64,000 bases of DNA from Felis catus (GCF_018350175.1 NC_058368.1:32924001-32988000); one strand, 5' to 3'. Positions 49,050 through 62,900 are shown, counted from the first letter of the stretch. Notes: a model not told the origin generated them from the letters alone. Program-made: numbers and translations.

Positions 49050-50590
49050 TAAATGACATCATAATGTGGTTTCTTACATTATATGTGAAATAGTGTTAAT
49101 TCAAGGTAGACTGTGACAAGTTAAGATACATATTGTGCTGTCTAGAAGAGCCACAATTACATATAAAAAGGGATAATCATAAAGCTAATAGAAGAGATAG
49201 CATGGAGGCCTAAAATATTTTGATCATTTCAATAGAAGGCAGGAAAGAACAGTAACAAGTGAAAAACCACAAAATGGAAGACTTAAAGCCAACTTCATTA
49301 ATTACATTACATGTAAATAAATTAAACACTAATTATAAGGAAGAGATCATCAGTCTGGGAAACTTTTTTTGTTTTTGTTTTTGTTACAAGCCCAATTGTA
49401 TCTTATTAATGATAGGTGTCCTATAAATATAAAGAGACTGAAAATAAAGTGGCAAAACATATACCATGACCAAATTAAGCATAAAAAATCAAATTAATAT
49501 TTGACCAAGGAGACTTGAAGATAGAGCATTACTAGAGATATAAAATGACAATTAAAATTGGTGAAATTATTGGGGTGCCTGGGCGGCTTAGCCAGTTAAG
49601 CATCCAAATTCAGAACAGGTCATGACCTCACGGCTTGTGAGTTTGAGCCCTGTGTCAGGCTCTGTGCTGACAGCTCAGAGCCTGGAGACTGCTTCAGAGT
49701 CTGTGTCTCCCTTTCGCTCTCTCTGCCCTTCCCCTGCTTTCATACTGTGTCTGTCTCTATCTCTCTCTGTCTCTGTGTCTGTCTCTCTCTCAAATATAAA
49801 CAAACATTAAAAATTTTTTAAAAATGGTGAAATTATTGATTAAAACCATTTTAAACTGAATGATAAAATCTGAAAATATAGTAAAGGTTCGCTACCCCTT
49901 TCTTAGAAAAAAGAACAAAAGAGGTACAGAAAAAAAGAGGTATAGAAAAGCTACACATCTGAATTTATCTAATAACTATAAGATAAAATATTCAAAAAAA
50001 TGAAGTGTACACATTCTTTTAAGTACCCATCAGACGTTTCCTTAGATAAGTTACAAGCTGGGGCATCCTCTCAATGTATTTCACAGATATAAATTCATAC
50101 AAATAATTTAACAGAATTAAATTATACATCAAGACATTTGGAAACTAAATCCCAATAGAAAACCAGTGTCAAAAAAAATTCATAGGGAAAACCAACCATT
50201 TTGTACTGAATGATAAACAGAATGTATCAAAATAGGTTGCTTCCTACTAACACAGTCTATAGTGTGAAATTGATAGTTTTAAGTAATTAGAAGCAAAGAG
50301 AGGTTAAAGATTATTTTCAACCTTAAGAAGCTCCCCCAGAATAAATGGTAAACTAGGAAACCAGTAAAATAAAAAGCATTAAAAAATACAGAATACCAGC
50401 CCACAACAGCATTTGGTTCTTGGGAAAGATTATACTTGTAAGGATTTGTCAATTTTAGGAATAAAGAAGAAACCAGTGTAAAGAATGGAAGAGGGGTACC
50501 ATTACAGATCTTACAGACATTAAAAGCATAATTATATATTATGAGCCACACTAGGGCAATAAATTCATCAAAAAGCTGTAAGAACAGTTT
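49050..50590 (+). mobile_element. Ancient L1M (inter-ORF and ORF2 5' region)
   Basis: aggtagactgtgacaagttaagatacatattgt, cattacatgtaaataaattaaacact, tacacattcttttaagtac, ttacagatcttacagacattaaaag. Heavily decayed. Confidence 0.75.
49572..49820 (+). mobile_element. Can-SINE nested in old L1
   Basis: Head ggggtgcctgggcggct. TSD aaaat(t)ggtgaaattatt on both sides. Confidence 0.96.
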
Positions 50591-53142
50591 TATACTGCAT
50601 ACCACAGAAAGACAATGAAATCCTCATTTGTGGTTTCTTTGAAATGGTATGTATGTGTGCATGTGTGTGTGCATGGGTATATATTACCCTTAAATAATTC
50701 AAATGTGCCAATCCAAGTTATATATTGAGGAGTAAGAATGATGGTGTCCCAGTAACAGAGATAGGTTCTGATTGCAAGAATCAGAGTTTGTAGTGATTTT
50801 TTTTCTTGAAAAATCAGTAATGACTGGGAAGTTAAAACTAATACACTGCAGTCCCTATTCTTTGTCATTAATTACTGAAAATTTTCTGACTCTTTAAGAT
50901 GCACTGATTATATGATCTTCCATATGGAAACAGTTACATATAGATGACTTTTTTTTCATAAATTGTCTTGCTGCACTACCAATATTCTTTTTTAACAACA
51001 TCCATGAAAGACTCTATGCTATTCTAAAATCAATGTCATAATTTTTGGCAGATGTTCAACATAACAAGGTTAAGGTTAATAACATCATATACAACTTATT
51101 ATTTACTTACCTAGATGAACATTTTTCAAATTCTTATCTTATAGACTACAGATCAATTACATTGATCACAGGCTCTTGTGGACACTTTAGTGAGAATTTT
51201 TAATGTCTAAGTTCATAATTGCACAGGTTTTATTAGCCTGTTCTATTATACTTCAAGGATAAATTCATTTCTCTTTGCTCTATGACCTAGAAATCAAGGA
51301 TATTAGGGTTCCGCATGTCTTAATTTTAAGGTTAACCCATAATACATTATTGGAGACATTTTAATCATTATAACTTTTCTCTTTCTGATTAAATGTCTTT
51401 TAGAATCTTTAATTTTTATAACAGAATATCAACTGTACCTTCATGTCAGCTAATGGTTAAAATACCTGATTATTATGTGAAATAGCAAAATAGAGTAGTT
51501 GTATCTTAGATACTTGTCAGGTTTATGGGTTCTCAATTACTCTCTCTCAGTGCATTTCAAAAGCTTTGCTAAGAGGACTAGTATTTATCAAGGATTACCT
51601 AAATATCAAATACAACCATTTTTTCCTGATACTGTAAATTCTACTGCTAGATTCATCCAAGTCATGTGAAGCAAATACTTAGTGTAATATCTATTGACTT
51701 CTGGTTTACTTACTTTGGCTGAACTGTACTTTGAAGCAGTGTCCTATGGCTACATGTTAAAACACCATAAAAATTACCTTACAAAAGTTGCCATTGGGTT
51801 ATTTATAAGGATGCACGGATCCTTGGTCTTCAATACATGAGATAATGTATTCTTAGCAAATGCTGTTTTTACATAATTGACTCCAAATTTTTAAAATACT
51901 GTTTCTGCATTGAATCACCTAATAAAAATCTTGAATATATATTTGCAGATGACTTTTGGAAGATATAAAGACATTTAAATATCATATTTTATCTTGTAAT
52001 TTGCATGAGCCCTTGTTACTTTTTTTGAATACATATTTTTTCTTGATCTCAATCTATTTTAAAATTATGTTGGTTTGATTGTATTCATTTAAAAGCCATC
52101 TTCTATGATTTTTTGCAAGGCAGCAGCCATAATAAAATATATTTTGGACATTTTCAATGAAAGGTAATTGATTCCTAACAATTTAAATTATTCTGTAGTC
52201 CTATCTGATCAGATTTTGACATCATTTCTAGTGCTATTTGCTTATAAAGACTGTTCTTATTCATTTGGTCATTATTTCAATAAATATTGTTTGACTAACA
52301 AACCATGCATTATGTTAGCTGCTGGAACATGAAGTTGGAATATATACCCTTCTCAGATCTTGAAACTCCTATATTATTTGAAGCAATATACATGTATATA
52401 ACACAAAATAAGTGTGGACAATGCAGTGATAGAAACATAGAAAAAATTATTAGTGTAATAGAGCAATTAAATTTTTAGATATGTTCTATTTCAGAGGTTA
52501 GATACATATCCTTTTTTGTTCACTTGATTTTTTTTCTCTAAAATGGATGTGTACATAAACCACTGTAATCCATTAGAAATATATTTTGTTAGATAAAACT
52601 TTAAATATTTTAACTGTTTCTTTAGTAATCATATCTTCCACCTACATATTGGTAACCTTAATAGCATCAATACACTTATTTTGACATTTATTTTTAATAT
52701 TTTTTAATAGAACAGCTTTAGATTTACATAGTTACTGTAAGATAATAGAGAGTTGTTGTGTACTTAAATCCAGTTTCCCTTATTTTTAACATCTTACTTT
52801 GGCCTGATACACTTGTCACAGCTAGTACAAAATAAATAAATCTTATTAAATCTGATGCATTAGATTCTTAGTTTTTCCCTAATGTTTTCATCTGTTCCAA
52901 CATCCCATTGAGAATAACACATTATATTTATTATTTGTGTCATCTTAGGTTCTTCGTGGCTTGACAGTTTCTTTGACAGTCCTTGTTTTTGATGACCTTG
53001 AGAGTTTTGAGAGGTATTTTTCAGATATCCGTATTTTTAGAATGCTCCTCAATTGGGATTTTTTTTTCACAGGATTTTGGAGGTTATTCATAGAGTGAAT
53101 TGTGGTACTCCTCACATTATAGCAAGGGACATTACCCATGTA

Positions 53143-53328
53143 GGGGAGCCTGGGCAGCTCAGTCACTGGAGCATCCTACTTTTGATTTTGGCTCAGGACA
53201 TGATCTAAACATCCTGGGATCAAGCACTCTTTGGGTTCCACATGGAGCCTGCTTAAGATTCTCTCTCTCTCTCTGTCACACTCTTCCCAGCATGCTCTCA
53301 CTCTTAAACAAAAAAACAAACAAAAAAC
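53143..53328 (+). mobile_element. Can-SINE (older)
   Basis: ggggagcctgggcagctcag...ggctcaggacatgatct...ggagcctgcttaagattctctc. Confidence 0.9.
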
Positions 53329-53568
53329 AATCCATGTAAGCCTTAGTCACTTGGCATTGGTAGTGTTTGTCAGTAGGTTTACTCCTTTCTATTCCTTTTC
53401 CATCCTACACTCTTTGGAAGGAAGTCACTCTGCATAGCTCATGCTTAAGAAGTGAGGAGTAATGCTCCGTCTTTGAGTGGTGGAGTATCCACATCGAATA
53501 CTTGAAATTCTTTTAGACGGGACATTTGTCTTTCTACCAGTTATTTAGTTATTTATATCAGTTATTTA

Positions 53569-53790
53569 GGGGTGCCTGGGTGGCTCAGTTGGTTAAGTGT
53601 CCAACTTGAGCTCATCTCATGATCTCATGGTTTGTGAGTTTGAGCCCCGCATCAGACTCTGTGCTGACAGCTTGGAGCCTGGAGCCTGCTCTGGATTCTG
53701 TGTCTCCCTCTCTTCCTGCCCCTCCCATGCTCATGTTCATGCTCTGTCTCTGTCTCTCATTAATAAATAAACATTTAAAAATTCTTTAAA
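53569..53790 (+). mobile_element. Can-SINE
   Basis: Head ggggtgcctgggtggctcagttggttaag. Flanks tttatatca(g/t)ttattta. Confidence 0.96.
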
Positions 53791-55689
53791 AAGATGTGTT
53801 TATATCATTTATTTATTCAGTTATTTATATCAGTATGGCATATGATACTTGGAGTTATAATCCAATATTACTTTATTTGATTGCTTAAATCATTTAGATT
53901 TAACATTAGGATTCAATTTGCTTGTGTCCTTCATGCACCTAGATAAAAATAAGAGGTTTTGTTTTGCTTTTTGTGTAAATTATGGTACTGCAAAATCTTC
54001 CACACTCACTTGGTATGTTTACTGCTACAGTTCTGGAATCATTCATGCCTCTTAATGGGAAGTGGTATTAAAAGCCTGTCTGGATAATAGACATACTCAA
54101 GGCTACTAGAATGTTTTGTTTAAGGTACCTCAATTGACAAAGCAAGGAAATATGTGTATATACTAACTTGTGTTTAACCTGTGTGTATAGATCAGCTATT
54201 AGTATTCCTATATGTAACCATCTTATCAATATTAAGTTAAATATGAATTCTTACAGATTCTCCTTCTCTAAATCCTTATCACGTGGATTCATCGAAACTC
54301 TTCCCCTCACCTATGTATAGCAGTTCACTCCAACAGTGAAAAACCTTGTTTTCAATGTATTGCATTCATTTGCCTAATTATGCAGCTCCATTATACATGT
54401 ATAATAGTTTCATAATTATTAACCTCTATCCCCATTGTGGGATTGGGGATTTTATCGGTGAGAGTACAGTTCCTATATACATAATCCCATTTGCCTTTGA
54501 CCACTTTGAAATTGACTTCCATTACGGTTTATTTGACCATCCCCTTCAGTGAAGTTATTTCACACATTTTAATGTATTTAGATTATTTTGTCATATTCTG
54601 TATTCCATCCTGAGATCCTGCTGACCTCCCCAAACTATATTTGTATTAATTTACATGCTTTAAATTTACTGTATGTGCTGTAAAATTCTGAGTTTTGACA
54701 AATGTTTAATGCTTGTCTTTACCGTTATAGTGCTATATAGAATATTTTCACCACTTACAAAAACTCCTGAGTTTCATTGATTTAATCCACCTGATTTGCA
54801 CCAAACCTTGGGCAACTACTGATCTGTTCACCATCTCTATAGTTTATCATTTTCCAGAATGTTCTATAATTATAATCATACAGTATGTATCTCTTTCAGA
54901 TTGTCTCTTTTTATATAAACACTTAAGACTCATACATGTCTTTTAGTTTCCTGAAAACTACTTTTATGGCTGAGTAATATTCTGTTGTATGCATGCACCA
55001 TGTTTGATTATTCATTCACCTATTGAAAGGGATCTTAATTACTTTCGTTTTGGTTGATTCTGAATAAAACATAAATATTCATGTGCAGGTTTTTGTATGG
55101 GCACAAGTTTTAAAATTTAGCTAAGAGTATGATTGCTGGGTCACATGGAAAGGCTGTGTTGAGATTTGCAAAACAACTTACGAATTCTCTTACAATGTGG
55201 CTCTGCCATTTTGTGTTACTGATACAAAGAATAATTCCTGTTGCTCTCGATCCTGAACAGTAGTTGGTGTAGTCAAGTTTTGGATGTTGGCCATACTAAT
55301 AGATATGTAGTACCTCATTGGTGGTGTTATTTTGCAGTCCAGTAATCAAGCATGGTATTGATCATCTTTTAATATGTTTATTTTTTCATCTGTATATCTT
55401 TTTGGTGAGGTATCAGTTCAGAGTTTTGCCCATGTTTAAACTGAGTTGTTTGTTTTCTTACAGTTGACTTTTAAATGTTCATTTGGGATTAAAGTCTTCT
55501 ATCAGATGTATATTTTTGCAATATCTTTTCCTGGTCTGAAGTTTGTCTTTTTATTCTCAATATTCTTTCACAGAAGTTTTAAATTTTAATAAAGTTAAAT
55601 TGCAATTATTTTGTTGAATTTTAAAATGTATCTTCAAACTAAAAGTCATGTAGGTTTTCGGTGTTTTCTTCTTGAAATTGTATAGTCTT

Positions 55690-56139
55690 CCACCAGCAGC
55701 ACAAAAGGGTTCCTCTTTCTCCACATCCTCACCAACATCTGTTGCTTCCTGAGTTGTTAAGTTTAGCCATTTTGACTGGTGTGAGGTGGTATCTCATTGT
55801 GGTTTTGATTTGTATTTCCCTGATTGAGTGATGTTTAACATTTTTTTCATGTCTGTTAACCATATGAATATCTTCTTTGGAAGGGTGCAGACATTCTGGA
55901 AAACAGTATGGACGTTCCTCAAAAAATTAAACATAGAATTACCCTATGACCCAGAAATTACACTACTAGCTATTTCCTCAAAGGATACAGGTATGTTGTT
56001 TCGCAGGGGCACATGCAACCCATTGTGTATAGCAGTGCTATTGACAATAGACAAATTAGGTAAAGAACCTAAATGTCCATCAACTTACGGATAAAAATGT
56101 GTGTCAGTATGTATTTGTGTATATATACAGACAAATGTG

Positions 56140-56174
<35 letters not shown>

Positions 56175-56662
56175 GCTGACATATATGGATGTATATCAGT
56201 ATGTATTTATATGTACATATATGCATATATATATACACACACACACAGACACACACAATGGAATATTAGTAGTGAAAATGAATGAAATCTTGCCATTTGC
56301 AACGAAGTGGATGGAACTGGAGTGTATTATGCTAAGCAAAATTAGAGAAAGAAGAATACCATAAGACTTCACTAATATGTGGAATTTAAGATACAAAACA
56401 GATGAACGTAAGGGAAGGGAAGCAAAAATAATAGAAAAACAGGGAGGAGGACAAAATGTAAAAGAGTCTTAAACATAGAGAACTAACTGGAGGGGTTGTG
56501 AGTGGGGTGTGGGCTAAATGGGACAGGGGCATTAGTGAGGACACTTGCTGGGATGAGCACTGGGTTTTATATGTAGGGGATGAAATCACTGGACTCTACT
56601 CCTGAAATCATAATTGCACTATATGCTGACTAACTTGGATGTAAATTTAAAAATTATTTTTA
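55690..56662 (+). mobile_element. Carnivore L1 with 5' inversion (twin priming)
   Basis: Inverted segment about 55688-55882, sense 3' end about 55883-56662. TSD aaa(t/a)tgtatagt(c/t)tt at 55675-55689 and 56663-56677. Confidence 0.92.
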
Positions 56663-57609
56663 AAAATGTATAGTTTTACATTATTATTAAGGGCTAAATA
56701 TGATTTGAGTTAATTTTTGTGTAAGATACAAGCTCCAAATCTAGATTGCCTTTTTTTTTTATGCAGGTGTCCATTTTTCCCAGCATGATTTTTAGAGCAT
56801 TCTTTCTCCACTGAATTGTCTTTGTTCATTGGTGAAAAATCACTTTATTATATTTCTCTTGCTTATTTCTGGCCCATGCATTCTATTTTTTTTAATCAAT
56901 GTATTGGTTCCTTCACTGATACCAGACTGTTTTGATGAACATAGCCTGAGAGTAAGTGTTGGAACAGGTATTATTAGTCCTCCAATATTGTACTTCTTCA
57001 GTATTGTTTTGGCTGTTGTAGCGTGATGTCCAATAGGAGTGCTGAGAGACCACACTCTTGTCTTTTCTAGATCTCAGTGGGAAAGTGTTCATTTTCTCAC
57101 CATTAGGTAAGAAATTAGCTGTGGTTTTGTAGACGTTCTTTAGCAAGTTGAGGATGTCCCCCATATACCTACTTTGCTGAGTTTTCGTTAGAAAAGGTAT
57201 ATTTTGTCAAGTGCTTTTTCTGAAATAATTAAGATCATATGAGTTTTCTTTGTTTTGTTGATGTAGTGGATGACATTGATTTTTTAAAAGTTGAACCAGT
57301 CTGGCTTACCTGGAGTAAACTCTGTGCAGTGTATAAATCCTGATTTACATTTGCTAATATTTGGTTAAGGGTTTTTATATTTATATCCATGAGAGATACT
57401 GGTTTAGAATTTTCCCATAAATTTTTTAATGGCATTTTTTGGCTGTGGTGTGACTAACTGAAGATAAACTGTCAATAATTCTTGGGCAGCTTACTTATAG
57501 AGGTTTAAGAGTTGTTGTTTACAATTAGGGGAAGGGTACTATGTAGGGAAAATAAGCTCCTGTTCAAGGGAGGCTTTTCTACTCTCTGATTTTGGATATA
57601 CACACAATA

Positions 57610-57740
57610 TCTCCATCATTTTTAATGGTAATGATAAAATGTATCTTGTTTTTTTATTAGTAATAAATATGTCTATGTAAAATATCTAGTGTAATGTCAA
57701 GTACAGAGTAAATATTTAATGAAGAATCATCATCATCATC
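57610..57740 (+). mobile_element. MIR 3' fragment
   Basis: tatgtaaaatatctagtgtaatgtcaagtacagagtaaatatttaatgaa resembles the MIR 3' end. Confidence 0.45.
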
Positions 57741-58854
57741 TCATTTTTCTTTCCTATGTCACAGAAGAAACTGGAGGCTTGGTAGCTACTATAATGTAAT
57801 TTGTTTATATTTAAGCTTAAATATGTAATGCTAGACCTAACACTTCTTTATAGTAGAAAAGATTCTGATCTCAATTGAAACTGTACTCGGTTATAGAGCA
57901 CTGAGATTATTAATACTGCAGGAAATATTGGAATGGTCATACTTTATACATGTTAATAAGCATATGTTTATAAATTATTGACATAAGTTTCTTAGTGAAA
58001 CTAAAACTCTTATTCAACAGAAATAAGGCATTGGATATATTCATATATTGCTAAAATTTTCCAATTATATGGGAAGCAAGAAAAGCTTTATGAAAAATGG
58101 ATCATGATCCATTAATTTATCAAGAGTAATATTTGTAAGGCGATCACCTTTTAAGAAGCAGTGCATTGGGTAATATATGGAGGATTTCAAACAAATAATA
58201 AGTATGTCTAGATTGTATCTAAACCCATTTCAGTTAGGACATACCTAGATATACTATTTTAAAAGAGAATTTTCCTTAAGTTACAGAAATGCTATATGTT
58301 ATGGTAGTCATAATTAGTTTTCTAAATCTAATGGTTCTCCTGAGGAGCATAGAAGTATTACTGTTCAGAAACATCATGTGAAATTTGGCTCCATAATCAT
58401 TTGTTATATGTAAACAGCTTCTAGTGTTATCTTAAAAATCCCTTAATGCTAAATGGAAAACAGACTAAAAGATATTTTCTGGAATAAATGGTGATAGACA
58501 AAATTGTGATGACAGAAGTCTTATGCACTGAATTTGATTTAGTGTCTGTAGGGAACTGCAGAAGATAGTCTTGTAAGGTAACTAAGAACTTAGTGTTGAC
58601 AACAGAACTTTCTGTTTATTTACAAGGATACTAAGCAGCTGAGAAAAAATGAAAGTTTATTTAATTACAATGATTTAATATTTAAAGAACTTGTAATGTT
58701 GAAGTCCAAATACAATTTGACAAAATAGATTATAATTAACGTATTTTAATGGGATAATTATAATCCCATTTAGACAGATGAAATACAATTGTTACCTTTC
58801 AAGTTATTACTACTTACCACTATAATAGTAGTACAAGTGAGTGTGTGGTGTATT

Positions 58855-58918
58855 TGTGTGTGTGTGTGTGCGCGCGCGCATGTGTGTGTGTGTGTGTGCG
58901 CGTGCGTGTGTGTGTGTG
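58855..58918. repeat. Compound (TG)n/(CG)n microsatellite
   Basis: 64 bp of unbroken pyrimidine-purine alternation, including gcgcgcgcgc. Confidence 0.97.
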
Positions 58919-60347
58919 ACGTATATGCACACAACAAACCTTACTCACTGAAGATCCCATTGTCTGTATTCTCCGTTGTCTCCAGAGTCACGTATTTAGA
59001 TAGCTTCCTTATACATAGCTAGTTCTTCTGGGTGGCTAGACAGTTCAGTCTCTGCACCCATTCAGTCCCTAGCTTCTCAGCTGAGTCCCCCAGAAAGGAT
59101 ATCAATTAGTTTCAAACATCATGGTCATTTTTCATTGTGGCCATCTGTCCACTTAGAACTTGAATCTGATGAAAAACTCATTTCACACAGGCCATCACAC
59201 AGCTGCCAGATGGAAACAACTTGTGATCACCATGACCCAGCCTAAATTTGAACAAAAGGACTAATAATAAAAATTGGCTTATTGACATTTATAAATTCTA
59301 CTTCAGAATGAAGTGTGAGAATTACAGGCTTCTGACCAAAGGTCAATAGTTGAGTTATATTCTGAGTTATATAGTTAGACATGTGCTGATGAACCATGAT
59401 TATTTCTTTGTGTTCTTGTATCCTAATTTTTAGAACTCTACGTAATTTATCTTCAGTTGCACATCTTGATTTTTGAAAGTGTATTAAATTGATCTAACAT
59501 TTTAGCTATTGCATATTTTAAGGTATTTGCCTTTTATATAGAGGCACAATGGCTGTGTAAATACTACAGAAACCATAGAACACTTTATATTCTCTTTATA
59601 TGTATAAAACATATATAAACTTTGGGAAAAGTATGGTAGACATTGATACTCAAGTTGCACAATAGAGAAAACGGGATTTTAATAAACTTGTCCTAAAACC
59701 TTCATTTACTAAAGTAAGTGCCAGACCCAGGAATCACTCCAACTATCAAACCAGCTGTCGTTCCAATCTCAATATAGCTTCCAGTAAACCACTCTATCTC
59801 TTAGTAGAAAAAAAAATGATAAAAATAAGCCCATTTGTTCCACTTTGTTAGCAATTAATTATTTTCTAACTCATTATCAATGATTTGTGCTTACTGAGCT
59901 AGCATTAAGCTGAAGACTATATTTACCAAAATTAAATCCTTAAAACATTCCCTTAATACAAAAATTCTGTTATTAGTATCTACAGCTTTTCATGGATCAT
60001 AAACAGAAAATTAAGTAAAAGGCTATCTTACGTTATCAAAGGTATATGTCTGGATTGAGACCTTTGTTTTACTTAATCTAAGTATAGGTTTCATTGATTT
60101 ATTGGCGTCAACTCTAGAGTAAGCTTAGTTCCTTAGATGTCTTTTTTTTTTTCCTTTTTTTTTAAGCTCCTCAAAAGAAAGCAATCACTTGAACAGTCCT
60201 AGTTCATGAGTTTCCTTTTATTTAACTATGAGCACCGAGTATAACAGAAGAAAAATGTACGTTTGCAAGCATACTGTTTTACTGTGAATTGAATTCCTGA
60301 CTGTTAAAAAAGTCTCCTATATTAATACTTTTCTAGAATTGCAGTTT

Positions 60348-60541
60348 TTTTGTTTTGTTTTGTTTTAATTTTTTTATGAAAATTATTGTCAAATTGGTTT
60401 CCATACAACACCCAGTGCTCATCCCAACAGGTGCTCTCCCAATACCCATCACCCACCCACCCACCCCCCCACCCCCCCCTCCGTCCCACCCCTCATAAAT
60501 CCTCAGTTTGTTCTCAGTTTTTGGGAGTCTCTTATTTGTTG
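60348..60541 (-). mobile_element. 5'-truncated felid L1 3' end
   Basis: T-rich tail followed by ttattgtcaaattggtttccatacaacacccagtgctcatccc. Short TSD gcagttt at 60341-60347 and 60542-60548. Confidence 0.92.
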
Positions 60542-60949
60542 GCAGTTTGATAGCTTCTTAAGTTACTAACAAGTAACCCAAGTCTCTGCTTGTCTTTATT
60601 ATTTGGGAAAGCACAATATAAACTGCCTTTATCATGTTAGCCAAATTAAAGGTATGCCAGGGTCATCATTGCCCATTTTCAGGTGCCATAACTTGTACAG
60701 ATGAAAGCGGTGACACTAGCAGTTGTCTCAGTGTTTCAATTAGTGGACGAGCAGTTCTGATCTTCTCTTCTGTCAAAAATTAAATTTCAAGTAACAGTCA
60801 TCAAATTTATGTTTCTCCAAATGTGCCTCCTGAATTCACTTAATTCACTCTATTTGTATCACATAATAAGATAAAATTGTGTTTTTCTAGTAGTATATTT
60901 GTCTTCTAATCAATATGGCCCGATACCTTATTTCTGTAACAGTTTAGAT

Positions 60950-61790
60950 ACAACATTTTAGATAATTGAGTGCTTACTATAGTTCAGGTGCACAGGGGGA
61001 AAACTCTAAGTACATGTTCCAAACTCAGAAAATGTAGTGTCTATAAAGATGTAAATAGTGACAGGTAATTTGACCAATAGCTTACTAAACCTCGAGGCCT
61101 ACTTGGAATGGAGTAGTAAAAAGAAAAGTGCTTAGGTAAGATTTTCAGAGTGGAGTGAAATTATAAAGGATTAGTAAAGGGACAAAAATATTCAAGCTGG
61201 GTGGCTCAGTCTGTTAAGCATCTTCCTCTTGATTTAGGCTCAGGGCTTGATCTCAGTTTGTGAGATTGAGCCCGTACACTGGGGAGCTGATGGCGTGGAA
61301 CATGCTTAGGATTGTCTCTTTCCCTCTCTTTCTCTCTCTCTCTGCCATTCCCCATGCTCATATGCTCTCTCTCTCTTTTTATCTCTCAAAAATAAATAAC
61401 ATTAAAAATGCATTTGAAGGGATTCTAGGAATAAAGAAATGCATAATTAAAGCTTAACATGTTGTGTGCCAGGACCTGTGACTGTTTTGCTGTAGAGATA
61501 GGTCATGTCAGAAAAAAGTAAAGGGAGATCTTAAAGATAGTTTAAGTGGATGTTTTGAATTGCATATTATAATTTTCAGTATTATATAAACAATGAGAAG
61601 TTATTGAAATGTCCTTAGCAGAGGATCTATAAAGTGAAAATTGTAATTTAAATTTTCTGACTGCAAGGGCAGAGAATATATTGAAGGAAGGAAAAATTGA
61701 AGTTAGAATAAATGAATATCTTTCTAAATCTTTTGAACCAGGTAAATGGTTGAAGTTTGGAGAAGGAGGGATATATTTTATAAATGTTTA
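60950..61790 (-). mobile_element. L2 fossil interrupted by a SINE
   Basis: attgagtgcttactatagttcaggtgc (antisense L2 3' end) and aatgagaagttattgaaatgtccttagcagagga. Confidence 0.55.
61195..61408 (+). mobile_element. Can-SINE (older, head eroded)
   Basis: ctgggtggctcagtctgttaagcatc...ggctcagggcttgatctc...ctcaaaaataaataacatt. Confidence 0.92.
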
Positions 61791-61806
61791 GAAGATTATG
61801 AAATAC

Positions 61807-61983
61807 GAGGGCACCTTGGTGTCTCAGTCAGTTGAACATCTAACTCTTGATTTCAGCTCAGTTCATGATCTTGAGCCTTGTGTCAGGCTCTGTATTGAGG
61901 GTGGAGGCTTCCTGGGATTCTCTCTCTCTCTGCCCCTCTCTCCCACTTGTACATTCCCTCTCTCTCTAAAATAAAAAAAAAAA
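61807..61983 (+). mobile_element. Can-SINE
   Basis: gggcaccttggtgtctcagtcag. TSD aagattat(g/a)aaatac at 61792-61806 and 61984-61998. Confidence 0.93.
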
Positions 61984-62673
61984 AAGATTATAAAATACCA
62001 AAATATTTATAAGGTTATTTGAAATATGAAAATGTGTGTTCTTGCTACTAGTGAAAAAAAAGTCTTAAAGTCTGTAATTAATGTCTTTTAATTCTATGTC
62101 CTATATCCTTTAATAGTCTTTTGTTCTTTTCTGAACCCCTGAAGTTAACTATTCTGTGCTTTAAGTTCTTCTAGTCTTAAGCCTATTGCCTTTACATTTT
62201 AAGGTCTTTTTGAGATCTCCTGTCTCAAAGTGGCTTAAATAGGGCATTTCCTCCTTCTACCCTTAAAAATAACACAAACAATGAGAAATAGAAAAAAAAA
62301 AGGCAAACTCCAACTTTGTAAAACTGATGTATATGTAATCCTGAATGTTTATCGGTAAGCAGAAACGCAGGATAGCAACAGCAAATGTCCATGCGGCCAG
62401 TCTTGGACACAGCAAGATCAAAGTTATCTCAAGTAAATTCTGAAAAGAATATAGTACCACAACAACATATAAAAATACATAGATACACACAAGTGTGTGT
62501 GCGTATATATACGCACATATATACGCCTCATGTGGTTGTGCTTAATTGCCATCTATATACCTTTAAATATACCTTTATACATGCTGAATAGAAGTCCTTG
62601 ATCAGGTTTAAAATTTGCAGGCATTTGCTCTCTGTGGCCCATCTTTCCGTTCTTTTAAAGAATAGAAAGTTCA

Positions 62674-62900
62674 GAGGTGCCTGGGTGCCTCAGTTGGTAA
62701 AGCCACTGACCCTTGACTCAAGCTCAGGACATGATCTCAGTTTGTGGGATTGAGCCCCGTTGTCAGGCTCTATGCTGACAGTATTCAGTGTGCCTGGGAT
62801 TCTCTCTCTCCTTTCTCTCTGCTCCTGACTCTACTCCCACGTGTGATCTCTCCCTCTCTCTCTCTCTCTCAATAAATAAATAAGCTTTAAAAGCAAACAT
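62674..62900 (+). mobile_element. Can-SINE (older)
   Basis: gaggtgcctgggtgcctcagttgg...gctcaggacatgatctc...gggattctctctc...aataaataaa. Confidence 0.92.

Larger units (their letters stand above)
52685..57440 (-). mobile_element. Old L1 (L1MC/L1MD-like), interrupted by two SINEs and a younger L1
   Basis: tagaacagctttagatttaca...ccttgtttttgatgaccttgagagttttgagag, followed by antisense ORF2 remnants up to about 57440. Confidence 0.82.

Noticed and set aside
4089..49810. Recurring ORFs with AQVMIS...GSVLTAQSLEP motifs that look like a gene family
   Set aside because: They are translations of Can-SINE bodies.
6412..57440. Similarity between 6412-9985 and 52685-57440 suggesting a segmental duplication
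   Set aside because: Both are diverged copies of related old L1M 3' regions with different nested insertions and unrelated flanks.
58748..58770. Small hairpin aatgggat...atcccatt
   Set aside because: The stem is too short for a miRNA precursor, and the sequence resembles a MIR core remnant.
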